Source: Heterodontus francisci | Lineage: Eukaryota | Assembly: GCF_036365525.1 (NCBI RefSeq) | Contig: NC_090389.1 | Span: forward strand, 54,505,885 to 54,569,884 | DNA length: 64,000 bases | Reading direction: 5' to 3' | Notes under the pieces: model-generated | Databases searched by the model: none | What the model saw: only the letters and a program-made list of their open reading frames with translations | What the model was told of the DNA's origin: nothing | Position numbers and translations under genes: made by a program | Part shown: positions 37,445 through 50,001 of the stretch, in pieces | Layout of the letters: each line of letters begins with the position of its first letter | Numbering within the stretch: position 1 is the stretch's first letter

Positions 37445-39429
37445 AAAGTGACTGAACACATTGAAATTTTCAACTGATCAGAGACAGCCAGCATGGATTT
37501 GTAAAGCGTAGGTCATGCTTGACGCCTGACAAATCTAATGGCATTTTTTGAAGAACTGACTGAAATAGTGGCCAGAGAAATGTCTATGAATGTTATTTTT
37601 ATGGACTTCAAGAAGATATTTGATAAACTCCCCTCATAAGAGACTGTGAGTTAAAGTTGAAGCTTGTGGAATTGAAGATAAGTTGTTGACCTAGTTAGGA
37701 AATTGGTTGAATGGAAGGAGACAGAGAGTAGGGATACTGGGCAGATACTCTAATTGGCAGATCATGAGAAGTGGTGTCCAGCAAGATTCTGTGTTGCAGC
37801 CTCAACCATTCACCATATTAATTAATGACAAATGATGGAACGGAAAGCCTAATATCCAAGTTTGCTGACGACACAAAGATAGGCGGCATTATAAGCAGTG
37901 TAGGTGGAAGCATTACATTACAAAAAAGATATTGATAGATTTAGTGAATGGGCAAAAGTGTGGCAAATGGATTTCAATGTAGGCAAATGCGAGGTCATCC
38001 ACTTTGGACCGAAAAAGGATAAAACAGGGTACTTTCTAAAAGGTGAAAAGCTAGAAATAGTGGCAGTCCAAAGAGATTTGGAGGTGCAGGTACATAGTTT
38101 ATTAAAATGTTATGAACAAGTACAGAAATTAATCAAAAACGGAATGCTCGCCTTTATATCTAGAGGACTAGGATACAAGGGGGTGGAAGTCATGCTTCAG
38201 CTATACAAAATCCTGGTTAAACCACACTTGGAGTACTGTGAGTAGTTCCGGACACGACACTTTAGGAAAGATATAATGGCCTTGGTGGGAATGCAGTGTA
38301 GATTTACCAGAATGATACCTGGACTCTAAGGGTTAAATTACGAGGAGAGATTTCACAAAGTAGGGTTATATTTCCTGGAATTTAGAAGGTTAAGGGGTGA
38401 TTTGATCTAAGTTTTGAACTTATTAAGGGGAAAAGACAAGGTAGATAGAGAGAAACCACTTCTGCTGGTTGGGGAATCTAGGACCAGAGGGCCTAGCCCA
38501 ATAATTAGAGCCAGACCTTTCAGGAGTGAAATTAAGAAACACTTCTACATGCAAATGGCAATTGTTAAATTTAAAAATGAGATTGATAAGATTTTTGTTA
38601 ACTAAAAGTATTAAGGCAAATGGGGCAATGGCAGGTATATGGAGTTCGGTCACAGATCAATCATATTATTGAATGGTGGAACAAGCTCAAGGGGCTATAT
38701 TGCCCACTCTTGTTCCTACGACCTTACTTTGTGATGCTAATACGTGGACCAATACACTGGACTCCACAATAGCATGTAAGAAGAGTTATAGGGCTGTCAT
38801 CAACCTATGGTGTATTTTCCAAGCATCACAGCTATCCATTGTGTAATGAATACTTATGCTTTTATGCTTAAAGGACAGGATAGTTTTCTCCGTTGGAATG
38901 AAAGGAACATTCGTACTTTTATATAGCTTTTTGTTCAGCTTTCACCTATTAATAGTCACACAGAAATACTTCATAAAATTGTTTATATGTTTTATGAAAC
39001 CAAGAAGTAGAAGGGGAAGGTAAAGTTAGATGAACACATGAGGGGGAAAAGAATAGGTTATGCTGATAAGGTTAGATGAAGAAAGGTGAGAGGAGGCTCA
39101 TGCGAAGCATGGACAAGCTGGGCTGAATAGCTTTTTCTGTACTGTACATTCTATGTAATTCTTTGTAAGAACTTGCTTTCGCTTTTGGTTTATATATAGA
39201 CATAAATCATTTTGAATGATGTGGTAGTTGTTTCATTAACTTTTTTGAAGAGCATCACTTCTAAGTATGTAATGGATAATAATTTGAGCTCCTACTCACT
39301 CAGCGTAAAAGGTAATATTGCTGAAATTGCCACCCTTTGGATAAGATTTTACATTGAAGACATGGATACCAGTCCTGATGGACAATGGCCCTAATCACCA
39401 AGAATCAGGAACAGCACCAATGTCCCAAA

Positions 39430-40337
39430 AAAACTTGGAACAATTGTGAACTGTGAGGAGGATAGCATAGAACTTCAAAAGGACATAGACAAGTTGGTAG
39501 AATGGCAGACAAGTGGCAGATGAAGTTCAATGCAGAGAAATGTGAAGTCAATCATTTTGGTAGGAAGAACATGGAGAGACAATATAACATAAAGGGTACA
39601 ACTCTAAAGGGGGTGCAAGAGCAGAGGGACCTGGGGGTATATGTGCATAAGTCATTGAAGGTGGCAGGACAGGTTGAGAGCGCAGTTAATAAAGCATACA
39701 GTATCCTGGGCTTTATTAATAGGGGCATAGAGTACAAGAGCAAGGAGGTTATGTTAAACTTGTATAAGATACTAGTTCGGCCTCAGCTGGAGTATTGCAT
39801 CCAATTGTGGGCCCTGGACTTTAGGAAAGATGTGAAGGCATTTGCGAGTACACAGAAAAGATTCACAAGAATGGTTCCAGGGATGAGGAACTTCAGGTAT
39901 GAAGACAGATTGGAGAAGTTGGGACTGTTTTCCTTGGAGAAGAGAAGGCTGAGAGGAGATTTGATAGAGGTATTCAAAATCATAAGGGGCTTGGACAGAG
40001 CAGATAGGGAAAACCTGTTCCCACTCATGAAAGGATCGAGAATGAGAGGGCACAGATTTAAAGTGATTGGCAATAGAAGCAAAAGCGACATGAGGAAAAA
40101 CATATTCACACAGCGAGTGGTTAGGATCTGAAATGCACTGCCTGAGAGTGTGGTGGAGGCAGGTTCAATCGAGGCATTCAAAAGGGAATTAGACCGTTAT
40201 CTGAAAAGGAAGGATGTGCAGGGTTACGGGGAGAAGGCGAGTGTATGGCAACCGGTGAATTGCTCATTTGGAAAGTTTGTGCAGACACGATGGGCCAAAT
40301 GGTCTCCTTCTGCGCTGTAACAATTCTGTGATTCTGT
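39430..40337 (+). mobile_element. CR1 3' fragment
   Basis: ORF 39502..40131; tail ATTCTGTGATTCTGTG. Confidence 0.88.
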
Positions 40338-40432
40338 GAACCCATCTTCTCCACTAATCTTGAGCAGTTGTAGATTCAAATTGACTAATTTATAGTAAAG
40401 AGTGACACATATATTAAATAAATCTGTCTTAC

Positions 40433-40487
40433 ATTCACGGTAAAAGTCATTGTGAGGCAGTCGAACATCCACAAGACCCTGAAGAAT
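40433..40487 (-). CDS. ABHD6: ABHD6 internal coding exon (55 nt)
   Basis: tttcttag|ATT...GAA T|gtaaga; ILQGLVDVRLPHNDFYRE resembles human ILQGLVDVRIPHNNFYRK; phases match both neighbours. Confidence 0.95.
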
Positions 40488-40959
40488 CTAAGAAAGTCAA
40501 AAGGTTAATCGGTTTAATCATATTTGACTGAATGTACACTCCACAGTTATGACTGCATCCTAGTGGAAATCCAATTTACTTCTTGCTTTATATTTAAGTT
40601 ATTATAAAAATGTCCATTTACAACCTGGCATTCGTAATTCTAGAGATTACAGAAACTGATCATTATTTACGTGGCTTCATAATTTTCACTGAAAGTTGAT
40701 GACATTATTTGTTCATGCATTAGGTGAACCAGTGGAGATACAGGCTGGATTAATAAATCTGAGGCAGGATAGAAGAAAAGGATGCAACTGTGCTGGCATA
40801 TAATGTCACACAATGATGGACTGTAGGTTTGAACTACTGATTCCCCATAATGCATAATGGCCAATTTCAGTCTTTGGTGTCTGTGGAGACTCTGAAAGGA
40901 CATGAAATGGTTCCTCTGAGGATGGCAGAAGAGTAGGAAAAAGAGTTGCATTACCGTAG

Positions 40960-41325
40960 TTCTTTCAATGTGCACAGGAAATTTCACATCACTTCACAGC
41001 CAAAGAATTTATTTTTATAATGTGCTCACTGTCGTTATGTAGGCAAACACAACAAACAATAAGTTCCAAAAAACAGCAATGAGTTAAATGATCAATTAAC
41101 TGGTTTTGGTGGCAGGAGAAATGTTGGTCAGGATATATCCCAGTTTTTCTTCAAATACTGCTATGAGATCTTTTACATCTATCATATATTCTGACAATGC
41201 AGTGCTTCCTCAGTGCTGCACTGCAGTCTTAGCTCAGAGTAGGTTCTTAAGTCTTTTAATATGGCTTGAGCCCACAACCTTCTGAGTCTGAAACAAGAGC
41301 ACTACCATTTAGCCAAACTAACACT
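40960..41325 (-). mobile_element. Decayed Deu-domain SINE
   Basis: Reverse-complement similarity to 24912-25270 and 56160-56600. Confidence 0.45.
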
Positions 41326-42458
41326 TGGAAAAAAAATTCTCTTCCTTTCAGCTGTGAAGGATCGCAAGCTTCAACACCTCATGGATACCAACATCCCTCT
41401 GGATCCTTCTTCCCATTCACTTCCCCCTGACCCCACCCATTATTCCAATCTTATCTCTAGCCATGTATTCACAATACCCTCTGGCCTTCCCCTCTCTGAC
41501 CCTAAACAATCTGTCCTTAAGCAAAGGCCTCAGCTTCATCCTCTTATGCCCCACCTCAATGACTTTCAAGCTCGGTACGATGCCGAGCTCTTCTTCCATC
41601 ACCTTCGCGCCCGCTTCTTTGGCCAGGTATCTTACCCCACAAGTGGACCCTTTTACCCATCTCCAGTATTCTTCCTCCACCTGGACTCCACCCTCTGGCC
41701 TCTTAGCCTCTCTAGATCTTTTCATGGAGAACGGCAGTGTGACATTGGCTAACTGAATTTCTCTGCTCCCCTCACTCACTCCAATCTATCTCACTCTGAA
41801 TTTGCAACACTCTTCTCTCAGGTCCAACCCTAACATTGTCATCAGATCTGCTGACAAGGGTGGTGCTGTTGTTGCCTGATATATTGACCTCTACCTAGCA
41901 GAGGCTGAACGCCAACTCTCTAAACCTTCCTCCTACCTCCTCCGGACCATGATCCACTATCGAACGGCAAGCCATTGTATCCAGGATTGTCGTTGACCTC
42001 ATCTCCTCTGGAGATCTTCCCTCCACAGCCTCTAACCTCATAGTCCCCCAACCCTATACAGCCCGCTTCTACCTCCTTCCCAAAATCCACAAACAGGACT
42101 GGCCTGGTAGACCCGTCGTTTCAGCTTGTTCCTGCCCCCTAAACTGATTTATTCCTATCTCAACTCTTTTTTTCTCTCCTTGTCCAGTCTCTTCCCATCT
42201 ACATCCAATGCCCTCCATCACTTTCACAGTTCCAGTTTCCTGGCCCTAGCCATCTCCTTTTCACCATAGATGTCCAATCCTTCTACACCTCCATCCCCCA
42301 CAAGGACGGTCTAAGAGCTCTCCACTTCTTCCTTGAATGGAGGCCCAACCGGTCCCCTTCCACCACCACTTTCCTCTGACCGGCTGAACTTGTTCTTACG
42401 TTGAACAACTTCAACTACACTCACTTCCTACAAATAAAAATGCGTACCCGCATGGGTC

Positions 42459-42868
42459 ATATATACGAATATACGAATTAGGAGCAGGCGTAAGCCATTC
42501 GGCCCCTCGAGCCTGCTACGCTATTCAACAAGGTCATGGTGATCTGGCTGTAACATCAACTCCAAATTCCCGCCTACCCCGGTAACCTTTCACCCACTTG
42601 CTTTTCAAGAATCTGCCCCGCCTGAAAAATATTCCACTGCCTTTTGAGGAAGAGAGTTCCAAAGACTCACAACCCTAGGAGAGAAAAATTTCTCCTCATC
42701 TCGGTCTTAAATGGGTAACCCCTTATTTTTAAACAGTGACCCCTAGTTCTAGATTCTCCCACAAGAGGAAACCCTGATAAGACCCCTCAGGATCTTATAT
42801 GTTTCAATCAAGTCACCTCTTACTCTTCTAAACTCCAGCGGATACAAGCCTAGCCTGTCAAACCTTTC
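42459..42868 (-). mobile_element. CR1 3' fragment inserted in Penelope
   Basis: Similar to 34505-34950; interrupts the MGPSYA motif. Confidence 0.75.
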
Positions 42869-43122
42869 CTAGCTATGCCTGCCTTTTTATGGGATATGTG
42901 GAACATTCTTTGTTCCAGTCCTACTCAGGCCCCCTCCCTCGCCTCTTCTTCCGGTACATTGATGACTGTATCGGTGCTATTTCCTGCTCTCGCCCTGAAC
43001 TGGAAAATTTCATCAACTTTGCTTCCAATTTCCATCCTTCTCTTGCCTTCATATGGTCTACCTCCATCTCTTCCCTTGCCTTTTTGACTTCCCTGTCTCC
43101 TTTTCTGGGGGGTAGGCTATCA

Positions 43123-44750
43123 TAGAGTCATTTACGGCATAAAAGGAGGCCATTCAGACTATCAAGTCCATGCTTGCTCTCCACGGAGTAATCCATTCAG
43201 GTGCTCTCCCCTGCTCAATCCCCGTAGCCCTGCAAGTTTATTTCCTTCAAGTGCCCATCCAATTTCCTTTTGAAATCATTGATTGTCTCCGCTTTCACCA
43301 CCCTCATGGGGAGCGAGTTCCAGGTCATTACCACCCACTGCGTAAAAAAAGTGCTTCCTCACATTCCCCTGCATCTCTTGGCCTGAACCTTTAACCTATG
43401 TCCCCTAGTCCTTGTGCTACCAGTTAAAGGGAACAGTTTTTCCTTGTCTAACTTATATAAGACTGTCATAATCCTGTACACCTCTATCAAATCTCCCCTC
43501 AATCTCCTCTGCTCCAGGGAGAACAAACCCCATTTTTCCAACCTAACCTTGTAATTAAAATCCCTCATCCCTAGAACCATTTTGGTAAATCTCCTCTGCA
43601 CCCTCTCAAGGACTCTCACATCCTTCCTAAAGTGTGGTCACCAGAACTAAACACAATACTCTAGTTGTGGGCTAACAAAAGCTTTATAAAGGTTCAGCAT
43701 AACTTTCCTGCTTTTGTACTCTATGCCTCTATTTATGAAGCCCAAGATCCCATATGCTTTACTAAGCACTCTCTCAATATGTCCTGCCAACTCCAAAAAT
43801 CAGTGCACATGCACCCCCAGGTCCCTCTGTTCTTGCACACGCTTTAGAACTGCGCAATTAAGTCTAGATTGCCTCACCTTATCCCTTCTGCCAAAATGCA
43901 TCACCTCACACTTGTCTGTATTAAATTCCATCTGCCACTTGTCTGCCATTCCGCTAGCCAATGTCTTGTTGCAGGTAGTTCGTATCATCCTAACTGTTTG
44001 CCACTGCTCCAAGCTCGGTATTGTTGGCAAATTTTGAAATTCTACTCCCTATTCCAAGATCTAAATCATTTATATATAGCAAAAAAAGCAGTGCTCCTGG
44101 CATTGACCCTTGGGGAACACCATTGTCAGAGGCTGGAAATTCTACAGTGAGTAACTCACCTCCTGACTCCCCAATACCTGTCCACCATCTACAAGGCACA
44201 AGTCAGGAGTGTGATAGAATAGTCTCCACTTGCCTGGATGAATGCTGCTCCAATAATGCTTAAGAAGCTCAACTCCATCCAGGAGAAAGCAGCCCACTTG
44301 ATTGGCACCCCATCCACCATCTTCAACATTCACTCCCTTCGCCACCACTGCACAGTAGCAGCCGTGTGTACCATCTACAAGATGCACTGCAGCAACTCAC
44401 CGAGGCATCTTCGACAGCACCTTCCAAACCCGCGGATTCTACCAACTAGAAGGACAAGGGTAGTAGATGCATGGGAACACCACTGCCTGCAAGTTACCCT
44501 CCAAGCCACACACCATCCTAACTTTTGGAACTATATCGCCATTCCTTCAATGTCACTGAGTCAAAATCCTGGAATTCCCTTCCTAACAGCACTGCAGGTG
44601 TACCTACACCCCAAGGATTACAGCGGTTCAAGAAGGCAGCTCACCAGCACCAACTCAAGGGCAATTAGGGATGGGCAATAAACACTGACCTTGCCAGCGG
44701 TACCCACATCCCATGAACGAATTTTTAAAAACTGTCTACCATCCCCCAAT
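43123..44750 (-). mobile_element. CR1 3' fragment (TSD CTATCA) containing a LINE family B insertion
   Basis: TSD at 43117-43122 and 44751-44756; ORFs 43359..43619 and 43800..44030. Confidence 0.82.
44128..44731 (+). mobile_element. LINE family B 3' fragment
   Basis: ORF 44238..44681; tail GGGCAATTAGGGATGGGCAATAAA..CACATCCCATGA. Confidence 0.8.
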
Positions 44751-46294
44751 CTATCAACCAATATTCACTAGAAGCCCTCTAACCCCAACAGCTACCTTGA
44801 CTACACTTCCTCACATCCCACTTCCTGTAAGGACTCTATTCAATTCTCTCAGTTTCTCAGTTTCCGTTGCATCTGTTCGGACGATGTGACCTTCCATACT
44901 AGCACTTCTGATATGTCTTCCTTTTTCCACAACCAAGGATTCCTCCCCACCATGGTTGACAGGGCCCTCAACCATGTCCAATCTTTTTCACGCAATTTTG
45001 CTCTCCCACCTTCCCCTACCCCCCCAGAATCATGACCTCACCCACCACCGCACCAGCCTCCGTATTCAATGGATCATCATCTGCCATTTCCGCCACCTCC
45101 AGCGTGATGCCACCACCAAACACATCTTCCCCTCCCCTTCAGTATTCCGAAGGAACCGTTCTCTCTGCGATACCCTGCCCACTCGTCAGTCACTCCCAAC
45201 AACCCCTCCCTCTCCTAAGGCAACTTTCCGTGCAAGTACAGGAGATGCAACACCTGCCCTTTTACCTTCTCCCTTCCCACCGTCCAATGCCCCAACACTC
45301 CTTCCAGGTGAAACAGTGATTTACTTGTACTTCTTTCAATTTAGTCATAGAGTCTTAGAGTTATACAGCACAGAAACAGGCCCTCGGACCATTGTGTCTG
45401 TGCCGGCCATCAAGTACCTCTCTATTCTATTCCCATTTTCCAGCACTTGGCCCGTAGCCTTGTATGTTATGGCGTTTCAAGTGCTCATCTAGATACTTCT
45501 TAAATGTTGTGAGGGTTCCTGCCTCTACCACCTCTTCAGGTAGTGCGTTCCAGATTCCAACCACCCTCTGGGTGAAAATATTTTTCCTTAAATCCCCTCT
45601 AAACCTCTTGCCCCTTACCTTAAATCTACACCCCCTGGTTATTGATCCCTCCACTAAGGGAAAACGTTTCTTCTATCTATTCTATCAATGCCCCTCATAA
45701 TTTTGTATATCTCAATCAGGTTCCCCCTCAGCCTTCTCTGCTCCAAGGGAAACAACCCTAGCCTATCCAGTCTCTCTTCATAGCTGAAATGCTCCAGCCC
45801 AGGCAACATCCTGGTGAATCTCCTCTGCACCGTCTCCAGTGCAATCACATCCTTCCTATAGTGTGGCGACCAGAACTGTACACAGTACTCCAGCTGTGGC
45901 CTAACGAGCGTTTTATACAGCTCCATCACAACCTCCCTGCTCTTATATTCTATGCCTCAGCTAATAAAGGCAAGTATCCCATATGCCTTCCTAATCACCT
46001 TATCTACCTGTGCTGTTGCCTTCAGTGATCTACGCACGAGTACACCAAGGTCCCTCTGACCCTCTGTACTTCCTAGGATCCTATCACCCATTGTATATTC
46101 CCTTGCCTTGTTAGTCCTCCCAAAATGCATCACCTCACACTTCGCAGGATTAAATTCCATTTACCACTGCTCTGCCAATCTTACCAGCCCATCTATATGG
46201 CTCGGTTGTGTGTAGGTAAGGTAAGGCTTTTTCTATTTCCCTTCTTGTTTTATCGTGTGATTGGTTAAAAACTTGGGAATTTAGAATAGTGGGA

Positions 46295-47254
46295 ATGGAG
46301 GTTAAGGCTGTTGAATGTTCCTCCTGCAGAATGTGGGAGGTAAAGGGCGCCAAGGGTGTCCCTGCTGACTGCATCTGCGGGAAGTGCACCCAGCTCCAGC
46401 TCCTCGAGGACCGCGTTAGGGAACTGGAGCTGGAGCTGGATGAACTTCGGATCATTCGGGATGCGGAGGGGATTATTGAGAGGAGTTATCGGGAGGCAGT
46501 CACACCTCAGGTAAAAGAAGAAGGTAGATGGGTTACCGTCAGGGGAAGGAGAGGGAACCAGCAGGCAGTGCAGGGATCCCCTGTGGCCGTTTCCCTCAAC
46601 AACAGGTATACCGTTTTGGATACTGTTGGGGGAGACGACTTACCAGGGGTAGGCAATGGGATACAGGTCTCTGGCGCAGAGTCTGTCCCTGTTGCTCAGA
46701 AGGGAAGGGGTAAGAGGAGCAGAGCATTAGTCATTGGGGACTCCATAGTTAGGGGAACAGATAGGAGGTTTTGTGGGAACGAGAGAGACTCACGGTTGGT
46801 GTGTTGCCTCCCAGGTGCCAGGGTACGAGATGTCTCGGATCGTGTTTTTGGGATCCTCAAGGGGGAGGGGGAGCAGCCCCAAGTCGTGGTACACATAGGC
46901 ACCAACGACATAGGTAGGAAGAGAGATGGGGATTTAAGGCAGAAATTCAGGGAGCTAGGGTGGAAGCTTAGAGCGAGAACAAACAGAGTTGTTATCTCTG
47001 GGTTGTTGCCTGTGCCACGTGCTAGCGAAGTGAGGAATAGGGAGAGAGAGGAGTTGAACACGTGGCTGCAGGGATGGTGTAGGAGGGAGGGTTTTGGTTT
47101 CCTGGATAATTGGGGCTCTTTCTGGGGTAGGTGGGACCTCTACAAACAGGATGGTCTTCACCTGAACCAGAGGGGTACCAATATCCTGGGGGGGAGATTT
47201 GCTAGTGCTCTTCGGGGGGGTTTAAACAAATTCAGCAGGGGGATGGGAACCTAA
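46295..47254 (+). CDS. CR1 ORF1: zinc finger, leucine zipper and SGNH esterase
   Basis: ATG at 46295; CSSC..CICGKC, LEDRVRELELELDEL, GDSIVR, GTND, DGLHLN. Confidence 0.92.
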   Translation: MEVKAVECSSCRMWEVKGAKGVPADCICGKCTQLQLLEDRVRELELELDELRIIRDAEGIIERSYREAVTPQVKEEGRWVTVRGRRGNQQAVQGSPVAVSLNNRYTVLDTVGGDDLPGVGNGIQVSGAESVPVAQKGRGKRSRALVIGDSIVRGTDRRFCGNERDSRLVCCLPGARVRDVSDRVFGILKGEGEQPQVVVHIGTNDIGRKRDGDLRQKFRELGWKLRARTNRVVISGLLPVPRASEVRNREREELNTWLQGWCRREGFGFLDNWGSFWGRWDLYKQDGLHLNQRGTNILGGRFASALRGGLNKFSRGMGT

Positions 47255-50001
47255 ATTGTAGTTCCAGTGTGCAGGATGTTGAGAGTAGTGAGGGCAGAGA
47301 TAAGGTTATAAGGACACAAGAGGGCACTGGCAAGCAAGAGCTTGGTTTAAGATGTGTCTACTTCAACGCCAGGAGCATCCGGAATAAGGTGGGTGAGCTT
47401 GCAGCATGGGTTGGTACCTGGGATCTCGATGTTGTGGCCATTTCAGAGACATGGGTAGAGCAGGGACAGGAATGGATGTTGCGGGTTCCGGGATTTAGAT
47501 GTTTCACTAAGAACAGAGAAGAGGATAAAAGAGGGGGGGGTGTGGCATTGTTAATCAAGGAAAGTATTACAGCGGCAGAAAGGACGTTTGAGGACTCGTC
47601 TACTGAGGTAGTCTGGGCCGAGGTTAGAAACAGGAGAGGAGAGGTCACCCTGTTGGGAGTTTTCTATAGACCTCCAAATAGTTCCAGAGATGTAGAGGAA
47701 AGGATAGCAAAGATGATTCTTGACAGGAGCGAGAGTAACAGGGTAGTGGTTATGGGGGACTTTAACTTTCCAAATATTGACTGGAAATACTATAGTTCGA
47801 GTACTTTAGATGGGTCTGTTTTTGTCCAGTGTGTGCAGGAGGGTTTTCTGACACAGTATGTAGACAGGCCAACCAGGGGCGATGCCACATTGGATTTGGT
47901 ACTGGGTAATGAACCCGGCCAGGTGTTAGATTTAGAAGTTGGTGAGCACTTTGGTGATAGTGATCACAATTCGGTTAGGTTTACCTTAGCGATGGGCAGG
48001 GACAGGTATATACCGCAGGGCAAGAATTATAGCTGGGGGAAAGGAAATTATGATGCGATTAGGCAAGATTTAGGATGCGTAGGATGGGGAAGGAAACTGC
48101 AGGGGATGGGCACAATCGAAATGTGGAGCTTATTCAAGGAGCAGCTACTGCGTGTCCTTGATAAGTATGTACCTGTCAGGCAGGGAGGAAGTTGTCGAGC
48201 GAGGGAGCCGTGGTTTACTAAAGAAGTTGAAGAGCTTGTCAAGAGGAAGAAGAAGGCTTATGTTAGGATGAGACGTGAAAGCTCAGTTAGGGCGCTTGAG
48301 AGTTACAAGCTAGCCAGGAAGGATCTAAAGGGAGAGATAAGAAGAGCAAGGAGAGGACACGAGAAGTCATTGGCGGATAGGATCAAAGAAAACCCTAAGG
48401 CTTTCTATAGGTATATCAGGAATAAAAGAATGACTAGAGTTAGATTAGGGCCAATCAAGGATAGTAGTGGGAAGTTGTGTGTGGAATCGGAGGAGATAGG
48501 GGAAGTGTTAAATGAATATTTTCCGTCAGTATTTACAGTGGAGAAAGAAAATGTTGTCGAGGAGAATACTGAGATACAGACTACTAGGCTAAATGGGATT
48601 GAGGTTCACAAGGAGGAGGTGTTAGCAATTTTGGAAAGTGTGAAAATAGATAAGGTCCCTGGGCCAGATGGGATTTATCCTAGGATTCTCTGGGAAGCCA
48701 GGGAGGAGATTGCAGAGCCTTTGTCCTTGATTTTTATGTCGTTATTGTCGACAGGAATAGTGCCGGAAGACTGGAGGATAGCAAATGTTGTCCCCTTGTT
48801 CAAGAAGGGGAGTAGAGACAGCCCTGGTAATTATAGACCTGTGAGCCTTACTTCGGTTGTGGGTAAAATGTTGGAAAAGGTTATAAGAGATAGGATTTAT
48901 AATCATCTTGAAAAGAATAAGTTCATTAGAGATAGTCAGCACGGTTTTGTGAAGGGTAGGTCGTGCCTCACAAACCTTATTGAGCTTTTTGACAAGGTGA
49001 CCAAACAGGTGGATGAGGGTAAAGCCGTGGATGTGGTCTATATGGATTTCAGTAAGGCGTTTGATAAAGTTCCCCACGGTAGGCTATTGCAGAAAATACA
49101 GAAGTATGGGATTGAAGGTGAATTAGTGCTTTGGATCAGAAATTGGCTAGCTGAAAGAAGACAGAGGGTGGTGGTTGATGGTAAATGTTCATCCTGGAGT
49201 ATAGTTTCTAGTGGTGTACCGCAAGGATCTGTTTTGGGGCCACTGCTGTTTGTCATTTTTATAAATGACCTGGATGAGTGTGTAGAAGGGTGGGTTAGTA
49301 AATTTGCGGATGACACGAAGGTCGGTGGAGTTGTGGATAGTGCCGAAGGATGTTGTCGGTTACAGAGGGACATAGATAGGCTGCAGAGCTGGGCTGAGAG
49401 ATGGCAAATGGAGTTTAATGCGGAAAAGTGTGAGGTGATTCACTTCGGAAGGAGTAACAGGATTGCAGAATACTGGGCTAATGGGAAGATTCTTGGTAGT
49501 GTAGATGAGCAGAGAGATCTTGGTGTCCAGGTACATAAATCCCTGAAAGTTGCCACCCAGGTTAATACAGCTGTTAAGAAGGCATATGGTGTGTTAGCTT
49601 TTATTAGTAGGGGGATCGAGTTTAGGAGCCACGAGGTCATGCTGCAGCTGTACAGAACTCTGGTGCGGCCGCACCTGGAGTATTGCGTGCAGTTCTGGTC
49701 ACCGCATTATAGGAAGGATGTGGAAGCTTTGGAAAAGGTGCAGAGGAGATTTACTAGGATGTTGCCTGGAATGGAGGGAAGGTCTTACGAGAAAAGGCTG
49801 AGGGACTTGAGGTTGTTTTCGTTAGAGAGAAGGAGGAGAAGAGGTGACTTAATAGAGACATATAAGATAATCAGAGGGCTGGACAGGGTGGATAGTGAGA
49901 GCCTTTTTCCTCGGATGGTGATGGCAAACACGAGGGGACATAGCTTTAAGTTGAGGGGTGATAGATATAGGACAGATGTCAGAGGTAGTTTCTTTACATA
50001 G
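47221..50001 (+). CDS. CR1 ORF2 (APE plus RT) with a premature stop near the C-terminus
   Basis: Frame open 47206-50001; CAG>TAG relative to copy 1 removes the last 36 aa. Confidence 0.9.
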   Translation, partial: FKQIQQGDGNLNCSSSVQDVESSEGRDKVIRTQEGTGKQELGLRCVYFNARSIRNKVGELAAWVGTWDLDVVAISETWVEQGQEWMLRVPGFRCFTKNREEDKRGGGVALLIKESITAAERTFEDSSTEVVWAEVRNRRGEVTLLGVFYRPPNSSRDVEERIAKMILDRSESNRVVVMGDFNFPNIDWKYYSSSTLDGSVFVQCVQEGFLTQYVDRPTRGDATLDLVLGNEPGQVLDLEVGEHFGDSDHNSVRFTLAMGRDRYIPQGKNYSWGKGNYDAIRQDLGCVGWGRKLQGMGTIEMWSLFKEQLLRVLDKYVPVRQGGSCRAREPWFTKEVEELVKRKKKAYVRMRRESSVRALESYKLARKDLKGEIRRARRGHEKSLADRIKENPKAFYRYIRNKRMTRVRLGPIKDSSGKLCVESEEIGEVLNEYFPSVFTVEKENVVEENTEIQTTRLNGIEVHKEEVLAILESVKIDKVPGPDGIYPRILWEAREEIAEPLSLIFMSLLSTGIVPEDWRIANVVPLFKKGSRDSPGNYRPVSLTSVVGKMLEKVIRDRIYNHLEKNKFIRDSQHGFVKGRSCLTNLIELFDKVTKQVDEGKAVDVVYMDFSKAFDKVPHGRLLQKIQKYGIEGELVLWIRNWLAERRQRVVVDGKCSSWSIVSSGVPQGSVLGPLLFVIFINDLDECVEGWVSKFADDTKVGGVVDSAEGCCRLQRDIDRLQSWAERWQMEFNAEKCEVIHFGRSNRIAEYWANGKILGSVDEQRDLGVQVHKSLKVATQVNTAVKKAYGVLAFISRGIEFRSHEVMLQLYRTLVRPHLEYCVQFWSPHYRKDVEALEKVQRRFTRMLPGMEGRSYEKRLRDLRLFSLERRRRRGDLIETYKIIRGLDRVDSESLFPRMVMANTRGHSFKLRGDRYRTDVRGSFFT

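Larger units (their letters stand above)
33945..38720 (+). mobile_element. Old CR1 ORF2 split by younger insertions (parts about 33945-34500, 36710-36765, 37445-38720)
   Basis: Collinear ORF2 pieces: YFASVFT, DKSPRPDG, then QHGF, KFADD, PHLEYC and a 3' UTR. Confidence 0.75.

Noticed and set aside
46295-47254. Functional link between the CR1 SGNH esterase and host lipase ABHD6
   Set aside because: The esterase is a standard CR1 ORF1 domain of a different fold; co-location is coincidental.
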